Assembly (NCBI GenBank): GCA_040954595.2
Contig: CM082587.2
Location: 7,615,705-7,679,704, forward strand
Length of the DNA: 64,000 nucleotides
Reading direction: 5' to 3'
Origin: Balanoglossus misakiensis
Taxonomy: Eukaryota > Animalia > Hemichordata
Position numbers and translations under genes: made by a program. This document shows positions 1 through 31,213 of this stretch, piece by piece (within the stretch, counting starts at the first letter, position 1; each line of letters begins with the position of its first letter). The notes under the pieces were generated by a model. That model was not told where the DNA came from. It saw only the letters and a program-made list of their open reading frames with translations, and made no database searches.

Positions 1-157
1 TATCGGGAAATACTAAAATCTTACACCCCATGGACCTGTGATCAGATTTCTCACACGAGTTGGGAATATTTTGTCTAACGAGGCACCAACATTTTCACAG
101 AGGCGAATTTCTGCCTCAACAAATCCTTTCATATTTCTACCGCTCGACGTATTTCTT

Positions 158-217
158 GTTGTTTGTTTGTTTGTTTGTTTGTTTGTTTGTTTGTTTGTTT
201 ATTTTTTTGTTTGTTTG
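158..217. repeat. (GTTT)n microsatellite, longer than its counterpart in copy 2 (about 21208-21224)
   Basis: Seen directly. Confidence 0.9.
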
Positions 218-557
218 TGTGTGTGCTCAAATCTGTCTCCCTAATTATTCTTTCCAGCATGTGCGAATTGTTATCATCATCTGTCAATATCCGATGAGCA
301 TGAATTATTCTGGGCTCTGAATTCTGTAAACGTTCATCAGTCTCTTGAGAATATGACAAGGGCCTCTTCTATGCATATTTCAGAAACTTCCTTCTCGTGG
401 ACTTTTAACGCATACACGTCAATAATTTTTCACTGATCAGCATCTACTACCGGTGCATAATTGCAAACTTGTCTTTGATACGTATATGTGCACGGTATCC
501 TGAAATATAATGCGTAATCATTTTTTTAAAATCTGTTGCACTTTTTATCCAATGAAG

Positions 558-3500
558 AAAGCATGTGAAAAGATCAAAAGCAAACTACAACCGTATGTTG
601 ATGCCAAACCTGGAGGAACTTGGAAGGAGTGGGTAAGTGGCTGTAAAGCAAACCGGGCACTGTCAGGGTGCACATACAAACGTCAGATGTTTTCGTGAAT
701 AAGAGAGTTTTCAGTAACTAAGTGGTGGGATGGATGAGGTTTCCTTCATTCTTTATTTTAACTCGCGTGTTCACACACACACACCTACATATAAGTATTT
801 ACCTAAGCTTGACTGAAATGGTTACTCCCTTAAGTAGGTTTTATACTACGTGCTAGGGGGTAATATCACATTATAATAATCTTTTTCTGGATAAAAGGTT
901 GACAACTCTGTAGTAAATGTTTGAATAATTGGTATATTAATGTATTTCATGACTTCTTTTTGGTCAAACATGTGTCTGTGTATAGTTAGCATAATAAACT
1001 CATTCGACTTTAATCACATTTTGTTATTTTTTCTCTAACAAAGTTTCAGAATGACCCAAAATCACTGTAGCTTATGAACTTTAACTTCTTAAAAATCGCC
1101 CATCTTGAAATTGTGTCGACCTTTTGAGACTTTCATCACTCACCTAGGTAGGCAGCAATTACTTTTACCTAGAGTAAAAGTACTTTATCATTGCTTTTGA
1201 AATTTTAATAGGTACTGCAAGCTTATTTGGATGGAATCAACCTTTGTGCAACAGGATTCTTCACGTAAGTTCTACTTAGTATTCTAGATCTGTATGTGTT
1301 AGGTGTTGTGGTGTGATAGCGAAATTTATGACGGTGACATTAAGTACAGACAGACAGACATACGAACGGACAGCAGGCAGACACACACATCCACACACAA
1401 GGTCAGCAGTAGTCAAATAGTTTAAATTCAATCGGATGGACATAATTATATCAATGGTGTAAAGTAACGTCATGCAAATGCAAGCACTATATCATTATGG
1501 TTTCTCCTATGATGATGTCCGATGCATGATGAAGATATTACATAGAGCAAAGAAATAACACAATCAAAATCTCCTTAACTGTCCATTAGTTATTTACCAA
1601 GGTGACTGTTTCGGGGGATTTGAAAACAATACAGTCAACTGCATTGGCTCTCCAAGCAGTACAGATCAAGTCCTTCAGTTAGTCGGAGTCTGATGTTATG
1701 TATGATGTCAGGTCTTCTCTTGTTGCATTGAATTTTTCAAATACATTTACCGGTAGAAGATTATGTCTGGGCATAGCCTTTTGAAACTGTCTGATGATTT
1801 TATGTTCTCCTTCCTGAAACAATTAATATCCTGTTGTATAGGCTGGCAACTTTCAGAATAAAGTCTTGTATTAGTAGTGTTGCACGAGCAATGCAGGGAT
1901 ATTCTGACAATATAGTGCCATAAAGGCTATTTAAAGGCTGTTATTTTCGCGATATGGCATTCGCACTGTGAAAAACTCGCAAACATCGCGCTTGTCAAAA
2001 AGTTTACAGATAAATATGTCCAATTCAAGAAATGTAGCATGTTGTACATTATACGATCTACAAAACTTTCCAGCTTCACCACCATATATATATTTTTTCG
2101 TAGTGGGGGAGTTGATGGGAGATTATGTTACGTTGTTTATGGAGCAGCCTGTTCAGAAGTTGAAATAGATGTCTTAACAGGAGAACATACATTACTACGT
2201 ACCGATATTGTCATGGATTGTGGTAGAAGCATTAATCCAGCGATTGATATTGGACAGGTAATATATAGCTTATATTTGTGCGAGTGGCATTTTGCGACCA
2301 AACGATTTACCTATTGTTAATTGTAAATGGTGGACAACGTACTGTGATATACACATTCATGCTGATTTGCACTATGTCTACATTTGCATGTTATTTTTTG
2401 TACACAATGCGACCCATATGTTCGACTCTCAGGCGCATGTTGACCTCGACACTTCAGTCTTGTGGGTGGACATGTATCCATTTTGTTTATGTCCTTTTAT
2501 TGAGTATACGTGAAGAATTACCCGTGTGACACGCAATTGTTTTCAGATTGAAGGTGCTTTCATACAAGGATATGGACTTTTCATGAGGGAAGAAATAACC
2601 TGGTCAAACAAAGGAGAGTTAATCAATAGCGGGCCAGGCGCATACCGAATACCACGTGTTCACGACATACCGAAAGAATTCAACGTTTCACTGTTAAAGA
2701 ACTCAGAATGTCCGGGGCACATTTACTCGTCAAAGGTAAATGCAAGACATTTATTCAATTTTTCAGACCGTGATGTCACGCTCCTCAAAACCTGGTTTAA
2801 TGTTTTCAAAAAATATAATGGAACTTTAACATTGTAAGCGTTAGAACTTGTGACTGGGAGCACAACAGGTAAAAAATTAACCTCACCTGCAGTTAAGCTG
2901 TAGCCCAATAAATTTGCAATAAGGCATGTTTTGGTGAATACCTCCAAAACAACAGAAATAGCAATCACAACTCGGATTCATTTCGTCAAAAACGTGGGGC
3001 ATATTGGAATCGTAAGACATGTGTATCTATTTGGTAAACACCCATGTGAGTAATGCTTTACAGAACACGCAAATGCTACAAACGTTTTGATGTCTGACAT
3101 GATTAGGATCCGTTCGTGAACTCGAGATCACATCCTACTTCTTTTGTGTTGTTTGGTGAAATATACATCCGAATACTCCGAGGAATTCCATTGCTCAAAA
3201 ATGTTAAATTGCAGACATTTTTTATTTACTGTAAAACGTGTTATTTTCGCGACAGGAAATTTTCGCGATATCAAAAGTGGCAACTGTTTCGCGAGTATTA
3301 ATGTTTGTGTTCTCTTATTTCATTTACTGCATCATTATCTCCGAAAAAAATTACGTGGCTTTTTATTTTCACGTTATTTTGGCTCTCGCGTATTTCACGA
3401 AAATAACACGTTTTTACAGTAGTTTTTGGTGCAGTACTTATTGAGGTGAGTCAATTTTATTTCTGTTGGCTTACAGGGTATTGGTGAACCGCCCCTGTTG

Positions 3501-3677
3501 CTGGCATCGTCTGTTTTCTTCGCTACAAAGAATGCTATCCACTCCGCTCGTAAAGACATTGGACTAGGTGGCCAATTCTGTCTGGACGCTCCAGCAACAC
3601 CAAGGCGTGTGCTCCTGGCATGTGGTGACCAAACGTCAAAGAGATGCGGAGATAAGGCAACGTGCCAACCACAGTAG
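558..3677 (+). CDS. XDH: 3' end (last 5 coding exons) of an upstream tandem copy of the xanthine dehydrogenase/aldehyde oxidase-like gene; 5' part lies outside the window
   Basis: Exons 558-632 ([25 protein letters not shown]), 1212-1264 ([17 protein letters not shown]), 2104-2257 (..[40 protein letters not shown]), 2547-2735 ([17 protein letters not shown]), 3477-3677 ([16 protein letters not shown]..stop). All are GT-AG bounded and phase-compatible, and encode the C-terminal Moco domain of XDH/AOX. The symbol is family-level only. Confidence 0.9.
3229..3419. mobile_element. TA-flanked MITE (Tc1/mariner-type non-autonomous element)
   Basis: TA|CTGTAAAACGTGTTATTTTCG ... CGAAAATAACACGTTTTTACAG|TA terminal inverted repeats with TA duplication; relatives at 24389-24579 and 21717-21896. 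Confidence 0.8.
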
Positions 3678-6575
3678 TGTGGGAAGTACATGTGCACTGC
3701 GTGTGCATTTAGATACATCATCTTCAAAATGTTAGGTTATAGTACAAATTGACTATGTTATTCCTGGTGTCTTTGTTCAAAATGATACGGTTGGGTCTAT
3801 TGTACGAACACAATTTGGTTAAACCGGGAACCTCATGCCTTTAAGGTATATACATATTTGTTTGATTCCCTTCCATTGAACTTTGGCAGGCATGTTCCTT
3901 GTAAGATATTGTACAATTTTGGTGATATTTGCATATTTGTGTTTTTGCCACTTTTGAACAAATATTTTGTGTGAAACTGCTTGTTGGATTGCTTTGAAAT
4001 TTGTTTTTGTTTTTCTCCGATTGCTTTAGAATTTAGGATACAATTTCATAACACATATACGTGAAACTTTTATTCAATTCTGATAGCAAAAATATTCAAT
4101 GTTTAGCGAGTTTTTTTGTAAGTTTCTTTGTTTTTGGTTAGCAAATATCCTAAACCAATTGTCCAGTTGTTTTGAAAGTTACTGTTGACAATGCATTGGT
4201 ACCCCCAACTTAGCCTGTGTACGCTACATGTTAACATAACTTTAATATGCCAGCTGTTACAGAGACCACCTGCTATGATTAAATTTTTAATTACCAGTGG
4301 CAGGTCAGTGAGCGTCTTTGTCCGTTCGAGGGCTGACTGAAAGAAGTTGCTTGTCATATGTGTTTGTACAGACAATTTTTGGTCAAAAATAATTTGTGCT
4401 AGCACCACTTATAAGACTGCCATGACACATAACAGTTTATTTGGCATGTTCCTTGTTTATTTTTTTACATTCCATATTTCTATATGGTTAGATCAGATCT
4501 GCTCGCAATGTCACCTGTAACAGTAATTTGTATTCTGTTGTACCCCTATTTCTGTGCATTCCCCAATTGGGACCACAGTGTCATTGATGCTATTTTTTAC
4601 ATATTGGGTTTGTGTTACATATAGAGTGAACATTTATCACATTAGAATTAATCCTTACAGCCCGGGTTTTGCGGACCAAGGTCGTACGGCTGAAGGGCGC
4701 GAATCGCCGTGCGACCCAAATCCCCAAAACCAGTATCTGGGCCGTAAAGGTTTTATCATATACCTTATGATCACCACTATTATCAGTATAATGATGATGT
4801 TTGATATTTTTGACGGAAATAAAGCATTATAATCGTGAACCCACTGCCATATATGCATCGACAACAGCAACCCCTCCCCCCCCCCCCCGGGCAAAAACTA
4901 AAGCTTAACCACTGAGAGGCTTGATATCAATATGACATCATTTGTTTACTTCCATTCGACTCCCGGTTCAATCTTGATCATTCTCAACTTCAAAACACAC
5001 GAACAACAACGGTTGATTCACTTCCTCAACAAATGATAACTACATGTAGTCGTCTGCCAGACACTTGTTCCAGTCAGTGTTGAGCAGAAAAGATTGCACT
5101 TATTGCTAGCGTGGAAGAACAGAGATAGAGATGTTTTTCCCCCGAAAATCCACAGCCGATATAACCTATTTGAGTCGATTCCGCGTTCATTTTGGGGAGT
5201 TGCAAATGAGAGTTCGCATATCTATGACGTCGCTAGCAAGGTCAAGGTCGCTAGCCAAGAGTAAAAGTGCGTCTGAAGAAGCGAAGATTTGCGCGGTCTT
5301 CTGTTGGTTCTCCTTCTGATATAGTCTCGGTTACCCAGACTCTCTTACTCTCGTCTTCAGAGGGCGCTGCGCGAGAATTTTCCGTTGTTTTGAATATGAA
5401 CCAAATAGGAATGCAAATTTTTGGCCCAATTTTTGAGTACCCTCAGCTGACCTTTGAAGTACTTACTGAAGTACTTACATAAGGTAGAAGTTCACTTTTG
5501 GTTGTTGTGTTTGTACTTATAGGACATCCATTTCGGGTGGTTGCCTACTTCCCCATATCTCCACATCCAGAGCAAATACAGCCTACGCATTTGAATGGTA
5601 CAACCCTGAATGGAGTCTAATGGTTATTATCGCTATGCTTGGGCCCCTTCAATGCTGCTTGCAGCTTTAATTTTCAGTATGTTTACAATAGGGACATCTT
5701 CAAGAGATTCACAACTCCATTAAGTAGTAGTAGACAGCTCCAGCAAACTTTATTTTCATAGGAACAATTGTTGTAAGCCAAACAAATCTGCATGTGTCGT
5801 CAAGTTTAGAGGCTGCCACTAATAAGCTCATGTAATTGGTGGCAATATTGACATACATCTGCACATAATGGCAGCCGAATATTAAATTATGGCAGTTGAA
5901 TTGAAACACCGGAAAACAAACAATGGCCTTTATTTTGACCTTGGCGTGTTAACACATGTCTACTGAACCGTATGCATTGCTTTGAAAATTAAAGATGAAA
6001 TGAAAAGTGAAAATAAAATTGTTAAGAAGTGATTTTCACTTTTAAATAATGCACTGGAAGGCACAAGCAAAATAACTGCGACAGAAAAATTGTTTAAGTG
6101 TAATTTTTTCTGCAAAAATACACTCTTCCAAAGTTGAGTCATATTTTCCTGTGTTCAATTCCACATTCACTCCATTCCTACTCTGATTCAAAATGATTAT
6201 GTAACCGCTATATTGTTCGCCAAGCTCTGTGTGAAGACATTATTCATGCATAGCGCTAGCCTATATGATCCTTTGACAACGCGTGAATTGTATTATATTG
6301 TATATAAACATGTGTTATTTGAATGCTAAGATTGACGTGTATTGTTTGGCTAAATCACAGGCGCCCCCAGAACAGGTTTTAACACGTTTTCAAACATCCT
6401 GCCTATTTAATGCAAGGAAAATAGAAACCGCTCCCACTTAGTAAAAGTCATTCGTTTCATGACATTGCCAGGATCACACGTATGGCGCGGATGTTGGCAC
6501 TACGGTAAGGCAAAACAAATAATTATTGTGCTGTTCCGATTACATGGTTTTCAAAAATAGGGTAGATAGGGACAT

Positions 6576-6660
6576 TTTTAGGTCCCATAGGTATATATAC
6601 CATGGGACCTTATGGGATCGGTTGCATCTGTTGTATGGATGTATGTTTCTGTAAGTCCCT
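6576..6660 (+). mobile_element. Probable 5' fragment of a second HINE-like element
   Basis: TTTT-AGGTCCCAT-a-GGTATATATACC-ATGGGACCT hairpin (6580-6610) followed by a GTAT-like microsatellite seed. Confidence 0.4.
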
Positions 6661-6823
6661 CCACATCAAAAACTTGCCGGGCTGTACGGTAGATGGGAGT
6701 TTGTTCAAATGATCAGACCACCGCATAACATAAATGGCACACGGAAAGGGTTTGAAAGACAGTTTAAAAGAGATTTCTTCTCTGTATAATTAAGCACGGA
6801 ATATCTTCTGTTACAGTGGAACA

Positions 6824-24837
<18,014 letters not shown>

Positions 24838-25064
24838 TGTGGGAAGTACATGTGCTCTGCGTGTGCATTTAGATACATCATCTTCAGAATGTTAGGTTAT
24901 AGTACAAACTGACTATGTTATTCCTGGTGTCTTTGTTTAAAATGATACGGTTGGGTCTATTGTACATACATGTGTCAGTGTGACTGCAGCTGGCAACTTT
25001 TCACAGTGTATTGTACGAACACAATTTGGTTAAAACGGGAATCACATCAGCCACTATTGTTTAA

Positions 25065-25568
25065 AGGTACATGAGCTGCAACTGGATAAAAAAATTGAAG
25101 TTTTAAATAATCTCATATATGCTTTTAATTATGTCTATTAAATGATATTTCATGATAATATATCAAGATCAACATTTATTTATGACAAAATTGCCAATAA
25201 TTAAAGAAAAACGAAAATTCCTGAAATTGTTAAAAAAGTGCAATATTGCAATGAAAAAGGAAAATATGATGTCTCACGGTGTACATTTACTTCCATGAGC
25301 TCAAGTGGATGAGATCATGTTTTGTTTATGAAGTTTCATAACCAAAAATGCAACATTTTCATTGTTTCTTGCATTTTCCCACGGTGGCGGCCATATTCGC
25401 TAGCGACAAAGCTTTATTATTTATCTGGTTAAAACTTGCGTATGCTCTCATATTCAGGGTTTATAAAGCTTGTGTATAGTACACTTCCTCCATCTGTATG
25501 GACTAATGGTAGTATAGTTTGAAACAAAAATTATGATAATTATCCCAAAAGTTGCAGCTTATGTGACT
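25065..25568. mobile_element. TTAA-flanked MITE (Kolobok-like), downstream of copy 2 only
   Basis: TTAA|AGGTACATGAGCTGCAACT ... AGTTGCAGCTTATGTGACT|TTAA; not present at the homologous region near 3830-3845. Confidence 0.75.
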
Positions 25569-28038
25569 TTAATAAAAGAAGAAAATTGCCTTAAAGTATA
25601 GTGTCACCTATTTGTTTGATTCCCTTCCATTGAACTTTGGCAGGCATGTTCCTTTTAGTGATTTAAGTAAGATATGGTACAATTTTGGTGATATTTGCAT
25701 ATTTGAGTTTTTGCCACTTTTGAACAAATATTTTCTGTGAAACTGCTTGTTGGATTGCTTTGAAATTTGTGTTTTCTCTGATTGCTTTAGAATTTAAAAT
25801 ACAATTTCATAACACATATATATGCAACTTTTATTCAATTCTAATATCAAACATATTCAATATTTAGCGAGTTTTTTTTTATAAGTTTCTTTGTTTTTGG
25901 TTAGCAACTCTCCCAAACCAAGGCATTTTACAAGGTATTGGTACACCCAACTTAGCCTGTATGCGCTACATGTTTACATAACTTTAATAGGCCAGCTGTT
26001 ACAGAGACCACCAGCTATGATTAATTTTTTAATTACCAGTGGCAGGTCAGTGAGCGTCTTTGTCCGTTCGAGGGCTGACTGAAGAAGTTCCTTGTCATAT
26101 GTGTTTCTGCAGACAATTTTTGGTCAAAAATAATTTGTTCTAGCACAACTTATAAGACAGCCATGACACATGACAGTTTATTGGGCATGTTTCTTGTTTA
26201 TTTTTTTTAAATTCTATATTTCTATATGATTAGATCAGATTTGCTCGCAATGTCATCTGTAACAGTAATTTTTATTCTGTTGTATCCCTATTTCTGCGCA
26301 TTCCTCAATTGGGACCACAGTGTCATTGATGCTATTTTTTACATATTGGGTTTGTGTTACGTATAGAGTGAACATTTATCACATTAGAATTAATCCTTAC
26401 AGCCCGGGTTTTGCGGACCAAGGTCGTACGGCTGAAGGGCGCGAATCGCCGTGCGACCAAGATCCCCAAAACCAGTATCGGGGCCGTAAAGGTTTTATCA
26501 TATACCTTATGATCACCACTATTATCAGTATAATGATGATGTTTGATATTTTTGACGGAAATAAAGCATTATAATCGTGAACCCACTGCCATATATGCAT
26601 CGTCAACAGCAACCCCTCCCCCCCCCCGGGCAAAAACTAAAGCTAAACCACTGAGAGGCTTGATATCAATATGACATCATTTGTTTACTTCCATTCGACG
26701 CCCGGTTAATCAAGGTCAAGGTCGCTAGCCAAGAGTAAAAGTGCATCTGAAGAAGCGAAGATTTGCGCGGTCTTCTGTTGGTTCTCCTTCTGATACCGAT
26801 AGAACATTCTTTTCGGCGTTGGAACTCTGGAGCCAGGGCGACACCTCCGCGCAGGCGCAGACAAAGTTCCATGGCTCGAAAGTAGCGCAGCTCTTCATCG
26901 CCGCATTCCGTGCAGGTGTCGCCATGCTTTGAACGGCAGACAAAAAAACAACAACATCGTGTTGGTAGAGGTACGTCAACCGTGACGTCATCGAAAACGG
27001 GACCATCTGACTTTGAGTGAAGAGCGCAGGGCCACCAGTGTGCACGTTACGTGCGAATTTACGCTGAAAACCAGGTGAGTAGGCCAAACAACGATATGCC
27101 TCTTTCACCTCCGTGCATCAGTTCTCTTCTTAATACATGTACATTCATGTATTACAAAACGCCACAGCATATCAGGCGTTGGGAATGTGTGTTGATGGCA
27201 TTCGTGGCACGCTAGATAATCATGAATGATTTATACGGGCACGGTTTTTATTTTGTCGACGTGTTTCATCGATAGAATCCGACATCACGAAACTTTGTTG
27301 ACACACTGCTGACGGAGAACGACGTGGATGGGATAAACTGTGTTGGTGTGTATATAGTGGTGGCGGTGTATATGACGAAATTTCACAGTACTGGACTGGC
27401 GGAGACATGTGAACACATTGCTGGTGTTTTAATCAAGCTCACTGAGCCGTACTGACCAACTGTCGCAATGCTTTGTACTCTAGGAAGAAAATTAGCAACA
27501 GCCAGCCATTAGTCGCGGGCTTCTCATTCCCCTTGTTAACTATAATACTCCTATGTTCAGTGTGTTTCGCGGCGATTTCTGTCTTTTTTTCCGCTGTGAC
27601 ATTATAAAGCGTTCGCGTCATATATAAACCAGCAGGTTTGGCGGTCACCATAATCCCCGCTTTTATGAACTCCGGGTAGTGGAAAGCAACGCGTTTACAT
27701 TGCATGGTGACGGAGATATGAACGGACTCTGACGCGACGAGAGTGCATCGTAACGTCGCGTGCGTATACGCCTGAAACACTAGTTCGACTCTTTACGGCC
27801 GAGACACTTACTAACTAGGATTCTGAAACAAGTGCCTCCTTCGCCGTAGAATAATTATTAATGTCCCGGGCAATAAATCTGGTTGGCGTAATATACGACA
27901 TTTCTAGGCCTATTCCGAAAATGTCTTTTGAAGTCCGTCAAAGTCTAGCCAGTCACACAAGGTGATGTGTGCTGTTGTGAATGATGCAACAGAAACACAA
28001 TACATACGCAACACGGGTTGTACAAACGAGCCCCCCCC

Positions 28039-28071
<33 letters not shown>

Positions 28072-29128
28072 GGAATTTTAATTAAAACGGGTGGCTCTCC
28101 AAGCGTGGTGCACCAAGCACCTTTTTAGTTGAATATCGTAAATGGCACTTGCGGGGCATTCAACTTCAGGATATATATTTTCTGCCATCGATCATCAATT
28201 AGACCTGTTCCGGTGTTGTAATCGTCCAGGTGGCGGGATAGGCGGCCTGTAACGTAGACAGAGCGGGCATTTCGACGCAGACAAACTATGCCACTGGACT
28301 TAATTTGCCCAAATGCCTGCGTTTCTGGAGCGACGGTTGTCGACCACGCTCGACGAAAACATGCCGCACAAATATGGAGCGTCATCTACATAGAAACAGA
28401 GAAAAAATGGAATAAAAACACAACGTGGTGAGACTAATGCCAGAGTCTCGTAACAACATTTCAATTACATTAGAACTATGCGCGTAATTGGTACATATGT
28501 GTACCATATGGTAATATGTGCACATATTTAGGTGTTGTTCTCGTCTCTTAATTCGCTGACAGTCTACGTTTACATCCTGTGGCGAGGTGAAAACAAGGCC
28601 CACTTCCATCCCGTTTTAATCATTCCATATCAGCGGGGGTTGCAGTCCTGTCACGGCACTGGGATCGACGAAGTGTTGAGATATCTATCGTTACTATTGT
28701 CTACGGAAAGAGGGAGAGAGGGAGGGAGAGAGAACGACTGGCGCGGACAGTGAGACAGTGATATAAACCCAGACAAGATCAAAGGATATAAAGAGAGGCA
28801 GGTATGCAGAGCAAGAGTGGATGGGAGTGTAATTTGCAGACAGTGGTTTGTCATGAATACACGAATACCCTTCGATTGGGGTGGGGGGGGGGGGGTGCAA
28901 AACCTTTTTCAAAAACAAACATTCTTTGATTTCTACCCATTAAATATTGTAGCTTTAATTCATGTTTTGAAATCATTCATTTGCGACAGAGCGGGGCATG
29001 TGAATGTAAGTTTCTACTTGATTTTGAATTTCCCGCCTCTGCGAAAAAAAAGAAAGCGTTTTTTTGAAACGGTTTGTTTACTCCAATATTGCTGCCGGAC
29101 AACCCTATCTCGATTGTATCTGAGTTGC

Positions 29129-29142
29129 GTTGCCATGGTTAC
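29129..29142. promoter_or_regulatory. Candidate RFX X-box
   Basis: GTTGCCATGGTTAC resembles the X-box palindrome GTTGCCATGGCAAC; about 3.2 kb upstream of the 198-aa gene ATG. Motif match only. Confidence 0.3.
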
Positions 29143-29476
29143 ACTGGTTATATCGGGAAGGATTCTACATTGTTATGTATTTAATAGCATAGCCCACGGG
29201 CGTTGAGAACACGGATTTACGTAGTATTGTAATCTCAATTCATACTATGTTTTGATAATATATCAGGCTCCCTCGTTCAATCATTCACCGTATTAATCTT
29301 CAAACGTGCAGCAGCTCGTCGGTTTGCTGCAGCAGTATAATCTTTCATATTCTGGTCATCTGTAACCGACAGTCGTTTCCACTGTCGACTGTGAATTTCC
29401 AATTGTCCTTTACTAATTACATTTACAAAATCTTCGTTTCACCTCCCGTGTTCATACACCGTGGCTATTGTAGCAA

Positions 29477-29512
<36 letters not shown>

Positions 29513-30977
29513 AGTCTGTCTGTAGAGATATACAGATACATAATAATTTCATGTTTCAGATAAAAAGCTACAACTACCGTATTGCAAATACACATGAAAT
29601 CGCTGCCGGGTATTTCGGCTTATGAGTCACGTGGCAGTCGTTTCATAAATGGCCCGATGCAACAGAGAATATGCGTTTTCGGAATTTCGGGATCAGTTTT
29701 GTTAAAATGGGCTCTACAAATGTATTGATTGGTCAGTTTTTAACACGAAATACGAACTCTTAGCATGGAACAAAATCAATGTAACTAACACAAAATGAAG
29801 GTGACTAGGCCCCACATGGTTGCAACCATGTAAACCTGTTTGTTTATGCTCTGTGCTGCCACGCGTCACTTGACAATTGAACTATTTTACGCAGATTTGA
29901 TTAACTGTTAAGAGTAAGTTCACGACGAGGATTACGTTTCACCCATGTGGACAGTGCATGTCTTTTGACATTGAATCGTTCTTTATTACCAGCGGTGTCG
30001 AGTGGGACTGCCGTAATCCCCTCTCCCCCGCCAACTTTGGCATTTATGACATGACATCTATTCTCCAATATTAAGTGTCACTACTCCCGATTTGCAAAAT
30101 ACCTGAGCGCACTCTTTAGGTTGTTGTGATAGGTATTTGGCATATTAGCCCTGAGTCGGTGGCACTGCCTTTAAAAAAGATTTCATTTCTGTGTTTTCGG
30201 GCGTGACTCGGGTCGACGCAAGGAAATCCTTCTGGTGAAGCTGGTTGAGAATTGTCTACATCAAAACGCCCCACAGTGTCAGATAAAGCTTCCATTTCAT
30301 ATTGTATTCCCTTCACGTAGAGGATCTGGTATATTTACCAGGTATTAAACGCGTGTCCACATAACACATCCATCAACGTCTCCCCTGAAGACACAATTCG
30401 GTTTTAAATCCATAAATCAGGGGTCGTTTCCCCCTCTTAGTTGATTACTTTCTGGATGTAAATCACAAATCATCCCAGGTACATGTGCCTGTCGTATATA
30501 TATATTACAACACAGAGCAGATAGGAAAGTCTGCTTGTATAAAATGGGCGTATTCTTTTCTTTTCGTATAGCGCAACTTGAAGAACATGATAGTTCATAT
30601 TCCACATTCTTGAATCCAATTGCTCATATTAGCTATCCCTTTCGTCCACGCACCCATGGGGAAGCCGACGGATGCGACCGACTAAAGCCTGAACATTCAA
30701 AATTAAGCGACGTCATCAACTGTATTGGGAAAGAAAAAACACAAAACACGATTGGGGCTATGGTCGGATATTTGGATTTTGTTGAAATCTGGACAAAATT
30801 ATATAAAATCAAGAATTTACAGTTTTCATGCAAATTGGACCATCTCACTTTCTCATTGCTTGCCTCAGAATAAAAACATACAAATAAAATGTCATATTTT
30901 TTAACTTGAAGAGGAAGCCGTAACAGGGTAATATTTCTACACCTCGTAGTCTGCTGAGACGCACTGCAACCGTCACC

Positions 30978-31213
<236 letters not shown>

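Larger units (their letters stand above)
1..5321 (+). repeat. Segmental tandem duplication, copy 1 (matches 21048-26795)
   Basis: Position 1 (tatcgggaaatactaaaatc) equals 21048. Exons and introns are colinear and near-identical through ...gttctccttctgata (5321 vs 26795), apart from several indels. Confidence 0.95.
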
